Below, in pieces: positions 8,701 through 17,650 of a stretch of DNA of 64,000 bases. A model generated the notes under the pieces. It saw only the letters and a program-made list of their open reading frames with translations. It did not search any database and was not told where the DNA came from. Source of the stretch: a bacterium (lineage in GTDB: Bacteria; UBA10199; 2-02-FULL-44-16; JAAZCA01). Position 1 is the stretch's first letter; the number at the start of each line of letters is the position of its first letter. The position numbers and the translations under genes are program-made. The stretch covers positions 256,001-320,000 of the forward strand of contig CAXXGI010000003.1 in NCBI GenBank assembly GCA_963674695.2, written 5' to 3'.

Positions 8701-9219
8701 ATGATGAAGCCGGAGATCGACATTCTCTTCTCAAAAGATGAAATCGACGCACGCCTCGATGATCTGGCGGCCCAGATCGAGCGCGACATCCCCGACGGCG
8801 ACCTGGTTGTCGTCGGCGTGCTCAAGGGATCGTTCATCTTCATGGCCGATCTCGTCCGCCGCATCACCCGTCCGCTTGCCTGTGACTTCATTCGTGTGGC
8901 CAGCTATGAGCACGACCAGAGCACCGGGGTCGTGCGCATGGAGTTCGACCTGACCCAACCGGTGGCGGGAAAGCAGGTCTTGCTCGTCGAGGATATCGTC
9001 GATTCCGGTCGTACGCTGCGGTATCTCATCGACCACATGAAGACCAAACACGTGGCCTCCCTCAAGGTTGCGAGCCTCCTCTTCAAGGAGATGGGAACGA
9101 ATTCGCGCCCGCTGGTGGACTATATCGGCTTCGAATGTCCGGAGCGATTCGTCATCGGGTATGGTCTTGATTCCGAGGGGCTCTATCGGTCATTGCCCTA
9201 TGTCGGAGCGTACAAATAG
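8701..9219 (+). CDS. hpt: hypoxanthine phosphoribosyltransferase
   Basis: VGVLKGSFIFMADL, VLLVEDIVDSGRTL, FVIGYGLD and YRSLPYV. Confidence 0.95.
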   Translation: MMKPEIDILFSKDEIDARLDDLAAQIERDIPDGDLVVVGVLKGSFIFMADLVRRITRPLACDFIRVASYEHDQSTGVVRMEFDLTQPVAGKQVLLVEDIVDSGRTLRYLIDHMKTKHVASLKVASLLFKEMGTNSRPLVDYIGFECPERFVIGYGLDSEGLYRSLPYVGAYK

Positions 9220-9247
9220 CAAGTCCTTTTTTTGCGAGTGTGACCGT

Positions 9248-9278
9248 CCCGGGGAATCTCTTCCCCGGGCTTTTTTTC
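9248..9278 (+). terminator. intrinsic terminator after hpt
   Basis: CCCGGGGAA-tctc-TTCCCCGGG followed by a T-run. Confidence 0.8.
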
Positions 9279-9368
9279 CTTCTTCGTCCTCCTGAAGTGT
9301 GATATAAATTGCGTCAATGATGTAAGTCCAACACGTGCTTTCGAGAGCACCGACCAAGGAGGCAGGAC

Positions 9369-9611
9369 ATGAGAAAGACCACGAAGAGGACGACGAGAAA
9401 AGTGAGCCGCACGACGAAACGCAGCCCGGCCAAACGCAAACCGGCCAAGCGCACCACGTCCAAGAAGGGCGCTTTCGGTGGCTACAAGATCAACTTCAAT
9501 GGCTGCAACCACAGCCTGGAGAAGGTCTTCGGTGCCCGCCCGCTCGCACCTTCAGCCATGACCAAGAAGCTCTGGATCTATGTGAAGCGCTACAAACTCG
9601 CGCATCAGTAA
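9369..9611 (+). CDS. small basic protein: K/R-rich tail + SWIB-like helix
   Basis: First ~33 aa are K/R/T-rich; 'LEKVFGARPLAPSAMTKKLWIYVKRYKL' resembles the SWIB/MDM2 start. Has an SD-like sequence and its own terminator. Confidence 0.7.
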   Translation: MRKTTKRTTRKVSRTTKRSPAKRKPAKRTTSKKGAFGGYKINFNGCNHSLEKVFGARPLAPSAMTKKLWIYVKRYKLAHQ

Positions 9612-9629
9612 TCGCGACAGATAGAATGT

Positions 9630-9669
9630 GAAAACGGGTCGTCCGGCACGCCGGGCGGCCCGTTTTTCG
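9630..9669 (+). terminator. intrinsic terminator
   Basis: GAAAACGGGTCGTCCGG-cacg-CCGGGCGGCCCGTTTTTC. Confidence 0.75.
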
Positions 9670-9698
9670 TTCGATGACAATCCCCAGTTGTTCATCGT

Positions 9699-9730
9699 GT
9701 CATTCCCGAGTGATTGAATCGGGAATCCAG
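9699..9730. repeat. REP-like palindrome
   Basis: GTCATTCCCGAGTGATTGAATCGGGAATCCAG; related copies at 17444 and 43591. Confidence 0.75.
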
Positions 9731-9796
9731 CCTTGTCATCTTGCTGAACCACAGAATATTGCGACATTTCTACCCTGTTTCCCTCAAAAAAAGAGG

Positions 9797-9823
9797 GCAA
9801 CTTTCCTTCCATTTTGCCGATAG
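9797..9823 (+). promoter_or_regulatory. sigma28-like promoter
   Basis: GCAACTTT-N11-GCCGATAG versus FliA consensus TAAAGTTT-N11-GCCGATAA; the -10 box starts 49 nt before ATG 9865. Confidence 0.55.
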
Positions 9824-9864
9824 TTTATGCCAGGAGACGTGTATCCAAAAGAAGAGGTCTGGGT

Positions 9865-12800
9865 ATGGTCGATGAAATCAAAGGGGGCGGTTCGCCCAAG
9901 GCGCGTCCTTCGCTTCCGAATCAGACGGCGGATATGAATGCCGCTTCACCCGATGCGGCATCGAGTGCACCGGTCGACGCCTTCCAGGATCGGCGCGAAT
10001 CAGGCGCTGTCCTCAATGCCACGCTTCCCGCCTTCGGCGGTCACTGGGCCTTTGCCGTCGATGCCGAGGAGCCCAAAGAGGCTGGGGAGTCCACGCGCAA
10101 CGAAGCGATCATGCGCCTTTTCCCGCAGATCGATGAGCTCGCGGAGATCGATCGCCGCGGGATTCAGAGCCGTGACGATGTGGAGCACGCCATCGACCTG
10201 ATCTTCGAGATCAGAGATGCGATCCGAGAGCAGTCGGCGAAGGATTTTGAAGCGATGATGAAACGGCGCGGTGCCTGGTCGGTGGCGATCGCGGTGCTGG
10301 CCGAGCTCTTCTCGGCCTATCGCAAACACGACATCCCGTTCCATGTCGTCGAGCCGACTGATGAAGGGGGCGTGGCCTTCGTGGCGCGGACCGCTCGCGA
10401 ACAGCGCGGGCGCATGATGCTTCCGGCCACGACCTATGGGATTACGCTGTCCGAGGGGGAGAGCCTTTCCACCGCCTTTCACGAGATTACCCACGCCGTT
10501 CCCGGCAATGATGTCCTCGTGGCCCTCGATGGATGGATCGCATGGATGGGCGATGAGCGGTTGACTTCGCGGCTCGCCTTTCCGGCGTCTCCGGAGGAGG
10601 GGGACTCGTTCGGAGCGATCTTCGCCAAACTCGCCGGTCAGCGCTTTCGCGACGAGGCCTATTCGGGGATCACCGAAGCGCATCTCTCCGCCGTCCTACG
10701 GGTGGCCGGTGCCGGTGGGCAGCATCTTGCGCGCGGACATCTCGAGACATTGGAAGGAGAGGGAGGCCTCGTTCGATACCTGGGCGACGGAGGGTATCTG
10801 GGCGACAATCACCTGTTGCAATACACCACCGCCGAACTGCTCTCTCTGGCCGAGCGCGTGCAGGACGAACCGGAGCTGCTTGAAAAGGAGATCTCCAAGA
10901 CGATGCCGCCGCGACTTGCGCGCCACGACCGGGATTTCGATCCGCGCATGTGGCAAAAACGTTTCGGTGTCGTCATGGGCGAGTTCTTCGATTTCCTGAA
11001 GCAGCTCGATGCGGATGAGCGATCTAGCCATCCGCTCAAACCGTTTGCGACGCGCGTGATGCCGTTCATGGGACTCGCTGCCGCCATCAACCCGCGCGAA
11101 CTGGTGCGGGAAAAGATCGACCCGACGCACCCCTTCGCGGGGTTGGCCAAACAGATCCTTCCCCATCTGCCGACGCGTCTTCCGATCAATGCTCGCGGCG
11201 AGATTCAAGATGTGGCGCCGCTCGAAGTGGGCGATCGGCCTTTCGTCCGCCCGGGCGCGGACGGCGATCTTCTCACCCGCAATCCGGAGGCCGCGCGCGA
11301 GGCGTATGCTGTTCTCGATCACTTCGCCGAGTCGACGCTCCCGGTCCTTCCGCATGCGATCAGCCAGAAAGAGACCGAGGTGCTCGGGGCGGCGGCACTG
11401 CTCCTGCCGGATGAGGATGTGGTTCCGTTCTGGGGTCGCGTGCTCGCGCAGGAGGCGATCGAGCGCACGCGGGCGCAGGTCTCCGACAACGCCGATATGA
11501 ATTCCTGGTTCGGTCCGATCCTGCTGTCGCTCGTGGCGCAGGGCTATCTGGATGAGGCGCGAGCGGTCCTGCCCAACGCGCGGGCCGACACGTTTGCAGC
11601 TGAACAGTGGGGACGAACGCTCTTTACAGGTTTGCACACGCTCTCCCGCCACGGCGATGCGCGCGCGATCGATTTCTGGATCGATATCATCCGTTCAGAG
11701 ACTGACGAACGATGGATGCATCGAGCGAAAGCGGATCTCCTTCAGATTGTCCGATCGAACGGCCTGCTCGAGCCGGAGGGGTTGAGAATACTGAAGGCAC
11801 ATCTCGACGACTCCGAGACCATGCCGCGCACCGCACGCGATGGCTCTGACCTCGTCTTCGACCTGGTCGAAGAGGGACTCTATCTGCCGGAGTACTATCC
11901 GGCGAAGCTGGAGGAACTCGACGGCGAGGTGGAGGATAGCTACGACTTTGCCCATGCCTGGGAAGGGTCGTTCACCCTGTCGGGGGCACTGGAGTCGGGG
12001 CGAAAGGAATTGCCGGGCTCTGAACAACTCACGCTCATGGCGCGCTCAATGCAAGCACTTCGCGATCGAGGGTTTGCCGAGGCGGCCGAACGCGTCGAGG
12101 AGATCGGTCGTCGTATGCTCTCGGATTTTGTGCACGAGCGCATCGGTTCCATTCGCGAACGCATCGAACACGAGTATGAGAAACGCAACAAGCCGATGCG
12201 GCGCAGCGATTCCTTTCTGACCCACATGGAGAAACTCGACGTCAGCGAAACGCAAGTCCTGGGATACGGCAGCGCATTGGCAGCGGACCTGGCGGCGATC
12301 GTTGAGCTGCCGGAGGCGATGGACGGCGGGTGGACCGCCGCCCTCGATCTCCTCGAGAAGATCCCAGACGGTGCGGTCAAGGTCGCGGCGATGGAGCGGT
12401 GGGCCTCGGAATCGCATCATGTCAGCGCCCCCACCGATGCACAGCGCCTGCGCCTGATCGGGATCTGGCGGCAGACGCTCGAGGTGATTTCAGAGCGGAT
12501 CATTCCGCGGCGTCTGATCCAGCCGGCCCCGGAAGGGGTCGCCATGGATACGGGCCTTGAATCCTGGATCAACGGCATGTCTGCCGGTCGTTCTCCCCTG
12601 GGGGGTGCGCGAAGCTATGGCGCGCGCATTGCCTTTGTGCAGCGCCAGTTCGGCGCGATGCTCGCCTTTCTCCCCGCGCGAGGGTCGAATGAAGTGCAAC
12701 GCGTGCGCCGCGAGATCGTTGCGCAGTTGGAGGGCGAGACGGTTCGGAGTTCGTTTCTTGCGCCGCGCATCCTGCCGCCAAAATATGACTCCGGGCGCGA

Positions 12801-15800
12801 TGTCGAGGATATCGTCCTCGCGCGACAGGGCGATGCGGAAGAAGTTGTGACCACACGACGCGTGCGGACCAAACAGGTCTATGAACTCTATCACGATCCG
12901 AACCGCATTCCGGTGCGCATTATGATCGAGGAGATCGAGCGCGAGCCGACAATAGAGGGGATCGATCGCGTTCGCGAGCGGATCGATGCGGTGCTGGATC
13001 GATTGGCGCCGGAGCTCGCCGTGCCCTATGTCGAATATCTGCTGCGCCTGTCGGTTGCGGCCCGCGCAAGTGATGCCGAACGCTCGGCATCGCTCTATGA
13101 ACGGGCGCACGAGTTGGGCGAGGCCTTGCGCGAGATCCCCGAAGCCCGATGGTCGAAGCGCTATGCCTACAGCTATCTGGAAGAGCATCAGCGCGACTAC
13201 GACCAGGAGGTGCGCGCGCGCATTCATCAGGCGGCCTGGGAGCGCGGGGCGCTCATGAGCCTGGCGCGCCTGGCCGTTTCAGGGAACGTGCAGGAGAGCG
13301 CGCACTATCAGGAGGAGATCGGCCGGATCGTTCAGAACGAGTCGATCTTCGACGTCATGGAGAGCGCAGACTATACGCAGGCCGCGCGCGTCCTGGACGA
13401 GGGGGGGCTGGCCGGTCCGCTCGTCTTCGACCTCTTCGACCAGGCCATCCAGACCCGCGCGCGCGAACAGTTCGAGGCGGCCTATGCGGTCGATCACGAC
13501 CTGGCCACGATCATCGATGCCTCACACCTGGATACCGCTTCACGCGACCAGCTCCTTGAACGCTTGATCGACATGACCTTCGTGCGCGCCTTTCGTTCCT
13601 CCCTGCAGGGGATCGTGGCGTCGCAGAAGCGCGACGAATACCTGGAGCAGGCCGAGCGCCTCTTCGCCCCGATGGATGCCCTGCTCGATCTTGCCCAACA
13701 GCGCGGCTATCCGGGAATGGAGCGCGCGCTCTGGAGGGGATTGCGCCGCGTGACCGAAGGGCTGCTCGACCGCCTGCCGACAGCCCTGCACGCCTTTGCA
13801 CTGGCGCGTCCCGCGCGCTTTGTGCTGGGTCGGCACCCGGAGCTGGTGCACCCGGCCAGTCGCGGTGCGGTGGCCGAGATGGAGCATCTCTTCGATGCGA
13901 CGTTTTCCGACAGCGAACAGCGTGTCTATGAGAACCTCCCCAGCGCCTGGGAGATGCGCGAGGCCTTCTCGTCGTACGAGACGTCGGATGGTGACGAAGA
14001 AGCGCTGTTGCAGCGCATCGTTCACCATCTGGATCCGGATCCGGCTAACGTCGATCCGATGCTCATCGATCTCCTGCAGGTTGCCTTCATCTCCCATGCC
14101 CACCTCATCGATGCGGATGACCCGTTTGAAACGTTTTCCAATCTCGAGGGGCATTCGGTGATAACACCCCTTCTCGAACACTACGGATATGCAGACTCGG
14201 ATCTGAAGCGCTTTGTGCGCGAGCAGCCGGAGATATTCAGCCGTCTGCTGCTCCAGAAACACACGCGCCACAGCGCCCAGCTCTATTTCGGCGCCATGCG
14301 CGATCTGTTGGCGATGCGCGGTGTTCCCCTCGAGGTGCGCGCCGATGCCTTCCGGGTGATCGTGCGTTCGGGTTTTGTCTCGACCTATGTCCAGCAGCAG
14401 TTTGCGCGGGCGCAGCGCTCCAAACAAAAGCTCGCCAGCTTCCTGTATCGCGTCCGGTCGATCTGGAGCGACAAGCCCACCAAGGAGGATCCCTTCCGGC
14501 GGCAGCCGCTTCCGGATTTCGTCATCGCGCCGCAGTTCGATGCGATGCTCGCGCCCGAACGCCCGTTGGCCGACGAGGCCAAGAAGAGCGGCATGGTCGT
14601 CGACGAGGAGTTCTCCGAGCTCCTCATCCGTGATCCCAGTCCGTATCAGGTCCTGGCCACCATCTGGAATGAGCCGGGCGAGATCCCGATACGGCGTTTC
14701 GCGTCCGATCCGGACCCGCGCTATTTCTATCAACGCATCGAAGATGGCGCGATGATGGTCTATGGGATGGTCGAGTCCGGGGTCATCGCGGATGAGGGAG
14801 AAGAAGAGGACGACTTTGATCTGTTTGACCCGGAACGGATGCAGCGCGAGACACAGCTCGAAGCGTGGCAGGAGCAGGAGCGTCTGACGAGGATCGATGA
14901 TGAGGAGCTGGAGGAGGTCGAGCGTGCAGTCGATGCGGAGAATGCGATTCAGGAGATGACGGAACAGGAACGTGCGGTTCGGCTGCGCGTCAGTTCCGAA
15001 GTGGGCCATATCTTCCGGCGCAATTCGCTCCTGGTGCGCACGGGGTCGATCACAATGCCCGACGCCTTCGATCGGGTCGATCCGCGACTGCGCCTGGCCC
15101 TGGGCGGCTATATGACATTAGTTCCCGCCTCAACCCGCATGCTGCTCCTCGGCGCGCTCTCGCAGACGCAGGAGCGCATGGGCGAGCGCGAGGTGCTCCA
15201 TCGCTTCTTCGAGATGACGGGGCTGGAGAAACTCGCACAGTTCTTGAGCGTGCAGAAGGACGTCGTGCCCGAGCGCTATCGCAAGACCCTGGCGCGCTTT
15301 CAGCAGGACCTCAAACCCAGCACGCAGCAGGAGATATTGGATACGCTGCGCATCAGCGGAATTGATCTGGAGACGAATTTTGCGTCCGAATCGACGCTTC
15401 AGTTCGAGCATGCGGGAACTGTGGGCGAGCTCTGGCAGGGCGTGCATCGCGACGGCCGCAAGGTTGCCGTGAAGATTCTGCCCTGGAAGAAGCGGCGCCG
15501 CAACGAGGAGTCGTTGCGTGCGCTGAAGCGACTCGCCGGTGAGCTGCACCTGTTCCGGCACGACCACTTCGGCGGCGTGGACTTCAACGATCTCTACGCG
15601 CGCTATCGCGATTCGCTGCTCGCCGAGATGGACTATCGCGGCGAGATGGAGAACCTCCATACGTTGCGCCCGGGGCTTATGCGCCACGGCATCGCCTTTC
15701 CGAACGTGCATGAGGACCTGCTGCGCCGCGACGCGATGGTGATGGATTATGAGGACGCCATCGATGTCGAGGCGATTCCCGATGTGGCCGATCGCGAGCG

Positions 15801-16587
15801 CCTCGTCCAGACGACCGCACGATGGTTGGCGCGTTCGATCTTTGAAGACGGTGTCTTCTACGAAGACTTCCATCCCGGCAACGTCAAGTGGCGTCCGGGA
15901 AAGGCAGGCGAGCCCGGCCGTCCGCTCGTGCTCGACTATGGACGCATCGGCCGACTGGAAGCGGGGGAGCGTGACGCGCTCGTGGATCTCATCGCCGCCT
16001 TCGGGCAGAACGATCGCCCTGCGGTCCTGCGATCGCTCGTACGGATGAGCACGGCGGATCAGAAACCGTCGCAGGTCAACGCCCTCTCCGACGAGATCGA
16101 TCGGATCTTCGATGAAGCCGAGGGGGGTGCCTCCTCGAAGATGGTCCAACAGTTCTTCGGCGCGGCCGCCAAACATGGTCTTCCGCTGCGTCCGAACTAT
16201 CTGCAGTTTCTGAAGGCCGTCGTCTCCTGGGAGGGGATGATGGACCGCGTGGACGGGACGGCCTCGACGCATCTGCAGTGGAATATCCTGGAAATCCTCG
16301 TGGAGAAGGCGAGCGGTTCCTCGAATGGCGGAGCGGCGCCGGCCAGCGACAGCGGCCCAGTTGCGCCTTCAGAGAATCCGCCGCCGACGGACACAGGACC
16401 GCAGACGGCACCGCTGGTGGTTGAGAATGACACGTCGATGCTCGGCGCCGACCTCATGCCCATCGATCCCCTCATGGCCCAACCGGGCATGGAGATGATG
16501 AACCTCGGCGCAGATGTCTTCATGGATCCAATGATGGCGATGCCGACGATGGCCATGGGCAGCGCCGCCATGGGCGCGGTGTTGTGA
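9865..16587 (+). CDS. giant protein with N-terminal HExxH motif and C-terminal ABC1/AarF/UbiB atypical kinase domain
   Basis: ~2240-aa ORF; AFHEITH; kinase motifs EKLAQFLS, GTVGELWQG, VAVKIL, EMDYRGEMEN, EDFHPGNV and LDYGRIG. Confidence 0.85.
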   Translation: MVDEIKGGGSPKARPSLPNQTADMNAASPDAASSAPVDAFQDRRESGAVLNATLPAFGGHWAFAVDAEEPKEAGESTRNEAIMRLFPQIDELAEIDRRGIQSRDDVEHAIDLIFEIRDAIREQSAKDFEAMMKRRGAWSVAIAVLAELFSAYRKHDIPFHVVEPTDEGGVAFVARTAREQRGRMMLPATTYGITLSEGESLSTAFHEITHAVPGNDVLVALDGWIAWMGDERLTSRLAFPASPEEGDSFGAIFAKLAGQRFRDEAYSGITEAHLSAVLRVAGAGGQHLARGHLETLEGEGGLVRYLGDGGYLGDNHLLQYTTAELLSLAERVQDEPELLEKEISKTMPPRLARHDRDFDPRMWQKRFGVVMGEFFDFLKQLDADERSSHPLKPFATRVMPFMGLAAAINPRELVREKIDPTHPFAGLAKQILPHLPTRLPINARGEIQDVAPLEVGDRPFVRPGADGDLLTRNPEAAREAYAVLDHFAESTLPVLPHAISQKETEVLGAAALLLPDEDVVPFWGRVLAQEAIERTRAQVSDNADMNSWFGPILLSLVAQGYLDEARAVLPNARADTFAAEQWGRTLFTGLHTLSRHGDARAIDFWIDIIRSETDERWMHRAKADLLQIVRSNGLLEPEGLRILKAHLDDSETMPRTARDGSDLVFDLVEEGLYLPEYYPAKLEELDGEVEDSYDFAHAWEGSFTLSGALESGRKELPGSEQLTLMARSMQALRDRGFAEAAERVEEIGRRMLSDFVHERIGSIRERIEHEYEKRNKPMRRSDSFLTHMEKLDVSETQVLGYGSALAADLAAIVELPEAMDGGWTAALDLLEKIPDGAVKVAAMERWASESHHVSAPTDAQRLRLIGIWRQTLEVISERIIPRRLIQPAPEGVAMDTGLESWINGMSAGRSPLGGARSYGARIAFVQRQFGAMLAFLPARGSNEVQRVRREIVAQLEGETVRSSFLAPRILPPKYDSGRDVEDIVLARQGDAEEVVTTRRVRTKQVYELYHDPNRIPVRIMIEEIEREPTIEGIDRVRERIDAVLDRLAPELAVPYVEYLLRLSVAARASDAERSASLYERAHELGEALREIPEARWSKRYAYSYLEEHQRDYDQEVRARIHQAAWERGALMSLARLAVSGNVQESAHYQEEIGRIVQNESIFDVMESADYTQAARVLDEGGLAGPLVFDLFDQAIQTRAREQFEAAYAVDHDLATIIDASHLDTASRDQLLERLIDMTFVRAFRSSLQGIVASQKRDEYLEQAERLFAPMDALLDLAQQRGYPGMERALWRGLRRVTEGLLDRLPTALHAFALARPARFVLGRHPELVHPASRGAVAEMEHLFDATFSDSEQRVYENLPSAWEMREAFSSYETSDGDEEALLQRIVHHLDPDPANVDPMLIDLLQVAFISHAHLIDADDPFETFSNLEGHSVITPLLEHYGYADSDLKRFVREQPEIFSRLLLQKHTRHSAQLYFGAMRDLLAMRGVPLEVRADAFRVIVRSGFVSTYVQQQFARAQRSKQKLASFLYRVRSIWSDKPTKEDPFRRQPLPDFVIAPQFDAMLAPERPLADEAKKSGMVVDEEFSELLIRDPSPYQVLATIWNEPGEIPIRRFASDPDPRYFYQRIEDGAMMVYGMVESGVIADEGEEEDDFDLFDPERMQRETQLEAWQEQERLTRIDDEELEEVERAVDAENAIQEMTEQERAVRLRVSSEVGHIFRRNSLLVRTGSITMPDAFDRVDPRLRLALGGYMTLVPASTRMLLLGALSQTQERMGEREVLHRFFEMTGLEKLAQFLSVQKDVVPERYRKTLARFQQDLKPSTQQEILDTLRISGIDLETNFASESTLQFEHAGTVGELWQGVHRDGRKVAVKILPWKKRRRNEESLRALKRLAGELHLFRHDHFGGVDFNDLYARYRDSLLAEMDYRGEMENLHTLRPGLMRHGIAFPNVHEDLLRRDAMVMDYEDAIDVEAIPDVADRERLVQTTARWLARSIFEDGVFYEDFHPGNVKWRPGKAGEPGRPLVLDYGRIGRLEAGERDALVDLIAAFGQNDRPAVLRSLVRMSTADQKPSQVNALSDEIDRIFDEAEGGASSKMVQQFFGAAAKHGLPLRPNYLQFLKAVVSWEGMMDRVDGTASTHLQWNILEILVEKASGSSNGGAAPASDSGPVAPSENPPPTDTGPQTAPLVVENDTSMLGADLMPIDPLMAQPGMEMMNLGADVFMDPMMAMPTMAMGSAAMGAVL

Positions 16588-16602
16588 GAAGATTTGAACG
16601 CG

Positions 16603-16679
16603 CCCCTCCTTTGTAAGGAGGGGAAGGGGGAGGTAGACCCAGGATCTACCCCCTCTGACTCCCCCTTACAAAGGGGGAG
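16603..16679. repeat. inverted pair of CCCC-T-CCTT..GGAGGGG-type palindromes (MITE/REP-like)
   Basis: CCCCTCCTTTGTAAGGAGGGGAAGGGGGAGGTAG ... CTACCCCCTCTGACTCCCCCTTACAAAGGGGGAG between convergent genes. Confidence 0.7.
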
Positions 16680-16684
16680 AAAAG

Positions 16685-17362
16685 TCACTCTTCCCTGACC
16701 AACAACCGATTGACCAGATTCATCAAGTCGATCGTGGCGTCGATCGATTGGATCGGCGCTTCGCCGTCTTTCACCAGGGCATCCTCGTCGCCCGGGTTGG
16801 TGAACTTCACACCGTAGGTGTGATGGTCGCCTTCCGGGAGTTCGTAGACCACCTGTCCCATCTTGGCCAGCTCGTGCACCTCTTCGTCCAGTTCGATCTC
16901 GAAGGTGAAGACCAGCGGATGATCGGCGGTGATCTCTTCAGCCGATTCGATGCGCAAGCCTCCGGCACTCAGGTTGATCATGCGCCCGGAGGTGACCCTC
17001 CCGCTGCCGTCCTCGCAGATGGCGACATCGATCGGAGGGGTGAAGCTGTAGCGCGGGTACTGCCGGCGATTGACCTTGCGCACAGACATCGGGTCGATGC
17101 GCACGCGGACGGTGTTCGGCATCTGATCGGGCTTCTCCTCCATATTGACCATACCCTCGATCTCGTAGATGCCGTCGCCCCGAAGCGTGGGGATATAGCC
17201 GAGGATCGTCTTGCGCATCGGCGCGTTCTTCGGGCGGTCGATGACGATCTCTTCAGGCCCGATCTCCCAGAGCTTGAGCCGCATCGCTTCCTCTCCGGTC
17301 AGCAGAAAGAAGAAGGCGTGTGCGTCGGTAAAAATTTCTTCGAGTGTCGGTTTTGCGGTCAT
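16685..17362 (-). CDS. PilZ-domain protein
   Basis: RxxxR (NRRQYPR) and NLSAGG c-di-GMP-binding motifs; YGVKF. Confidence 0.85.
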   Translation of the reverse strand: MTAKPTLEEIFTDAHAFFFLLTGEEAMRLKLWEIGPEEIVIDRPKNAPMRKTILGYIPTLRGDGIYEIEGMVNMEEKPDQMPNTVRVRIDPMSVRKVNRRQYPRYSFTPPIDVAICEDGSGRVTSGRMINLSAGGLRIESAEEITADHPLVFTFEIELDEEVHELAKMGQVVYELPEGDHHTYGVKFTNPGDEDALVKDGEAPIQSIDATIDLMNLVNRLLVREE

Positions 17363-17374
17363 AACTCCTCCGGA

Positions 17375-17650
17375 AAAATGAAAAGTAAGAAATGAGAAAT
17401 GAAAAACACAAATAAGTGCACTTCTAAAAACCCAGTTTTGACTGTCATCCCCGAGTGGTGTAATCGGGGATCCAGTCCCGGAAAGTCGTACACAAAGGCA
17501 CTTGGCTGGATTCCCGCTTTAAGCATGCGGGAATGACATGCGTAAAAAACACGTTTTTAGAAGTGCCCATATTCTATTTCCCCACGCTGTGTTTATATTT
17601 GTCTATTTTTGATCTGTGTTTTTCATTTCCTGTTTTTAATTTTTCATTTC
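17375..17650. mobile_element. nested inverted-repeat structure: heptamer arms > IS-like TIR pair > REP doublet
   Basis: GAAATGAAAAACACA 17396-17410 / TGTGTTTTTCATTTC 17615-17629; AATAAGTGCACTTCTAAAAAC 17411-17431 / GTTTTTAGAAGTGCCCATATT 17553-17573; REPs at 17444-17475 and 17506-17537. Confidence 0.75.
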
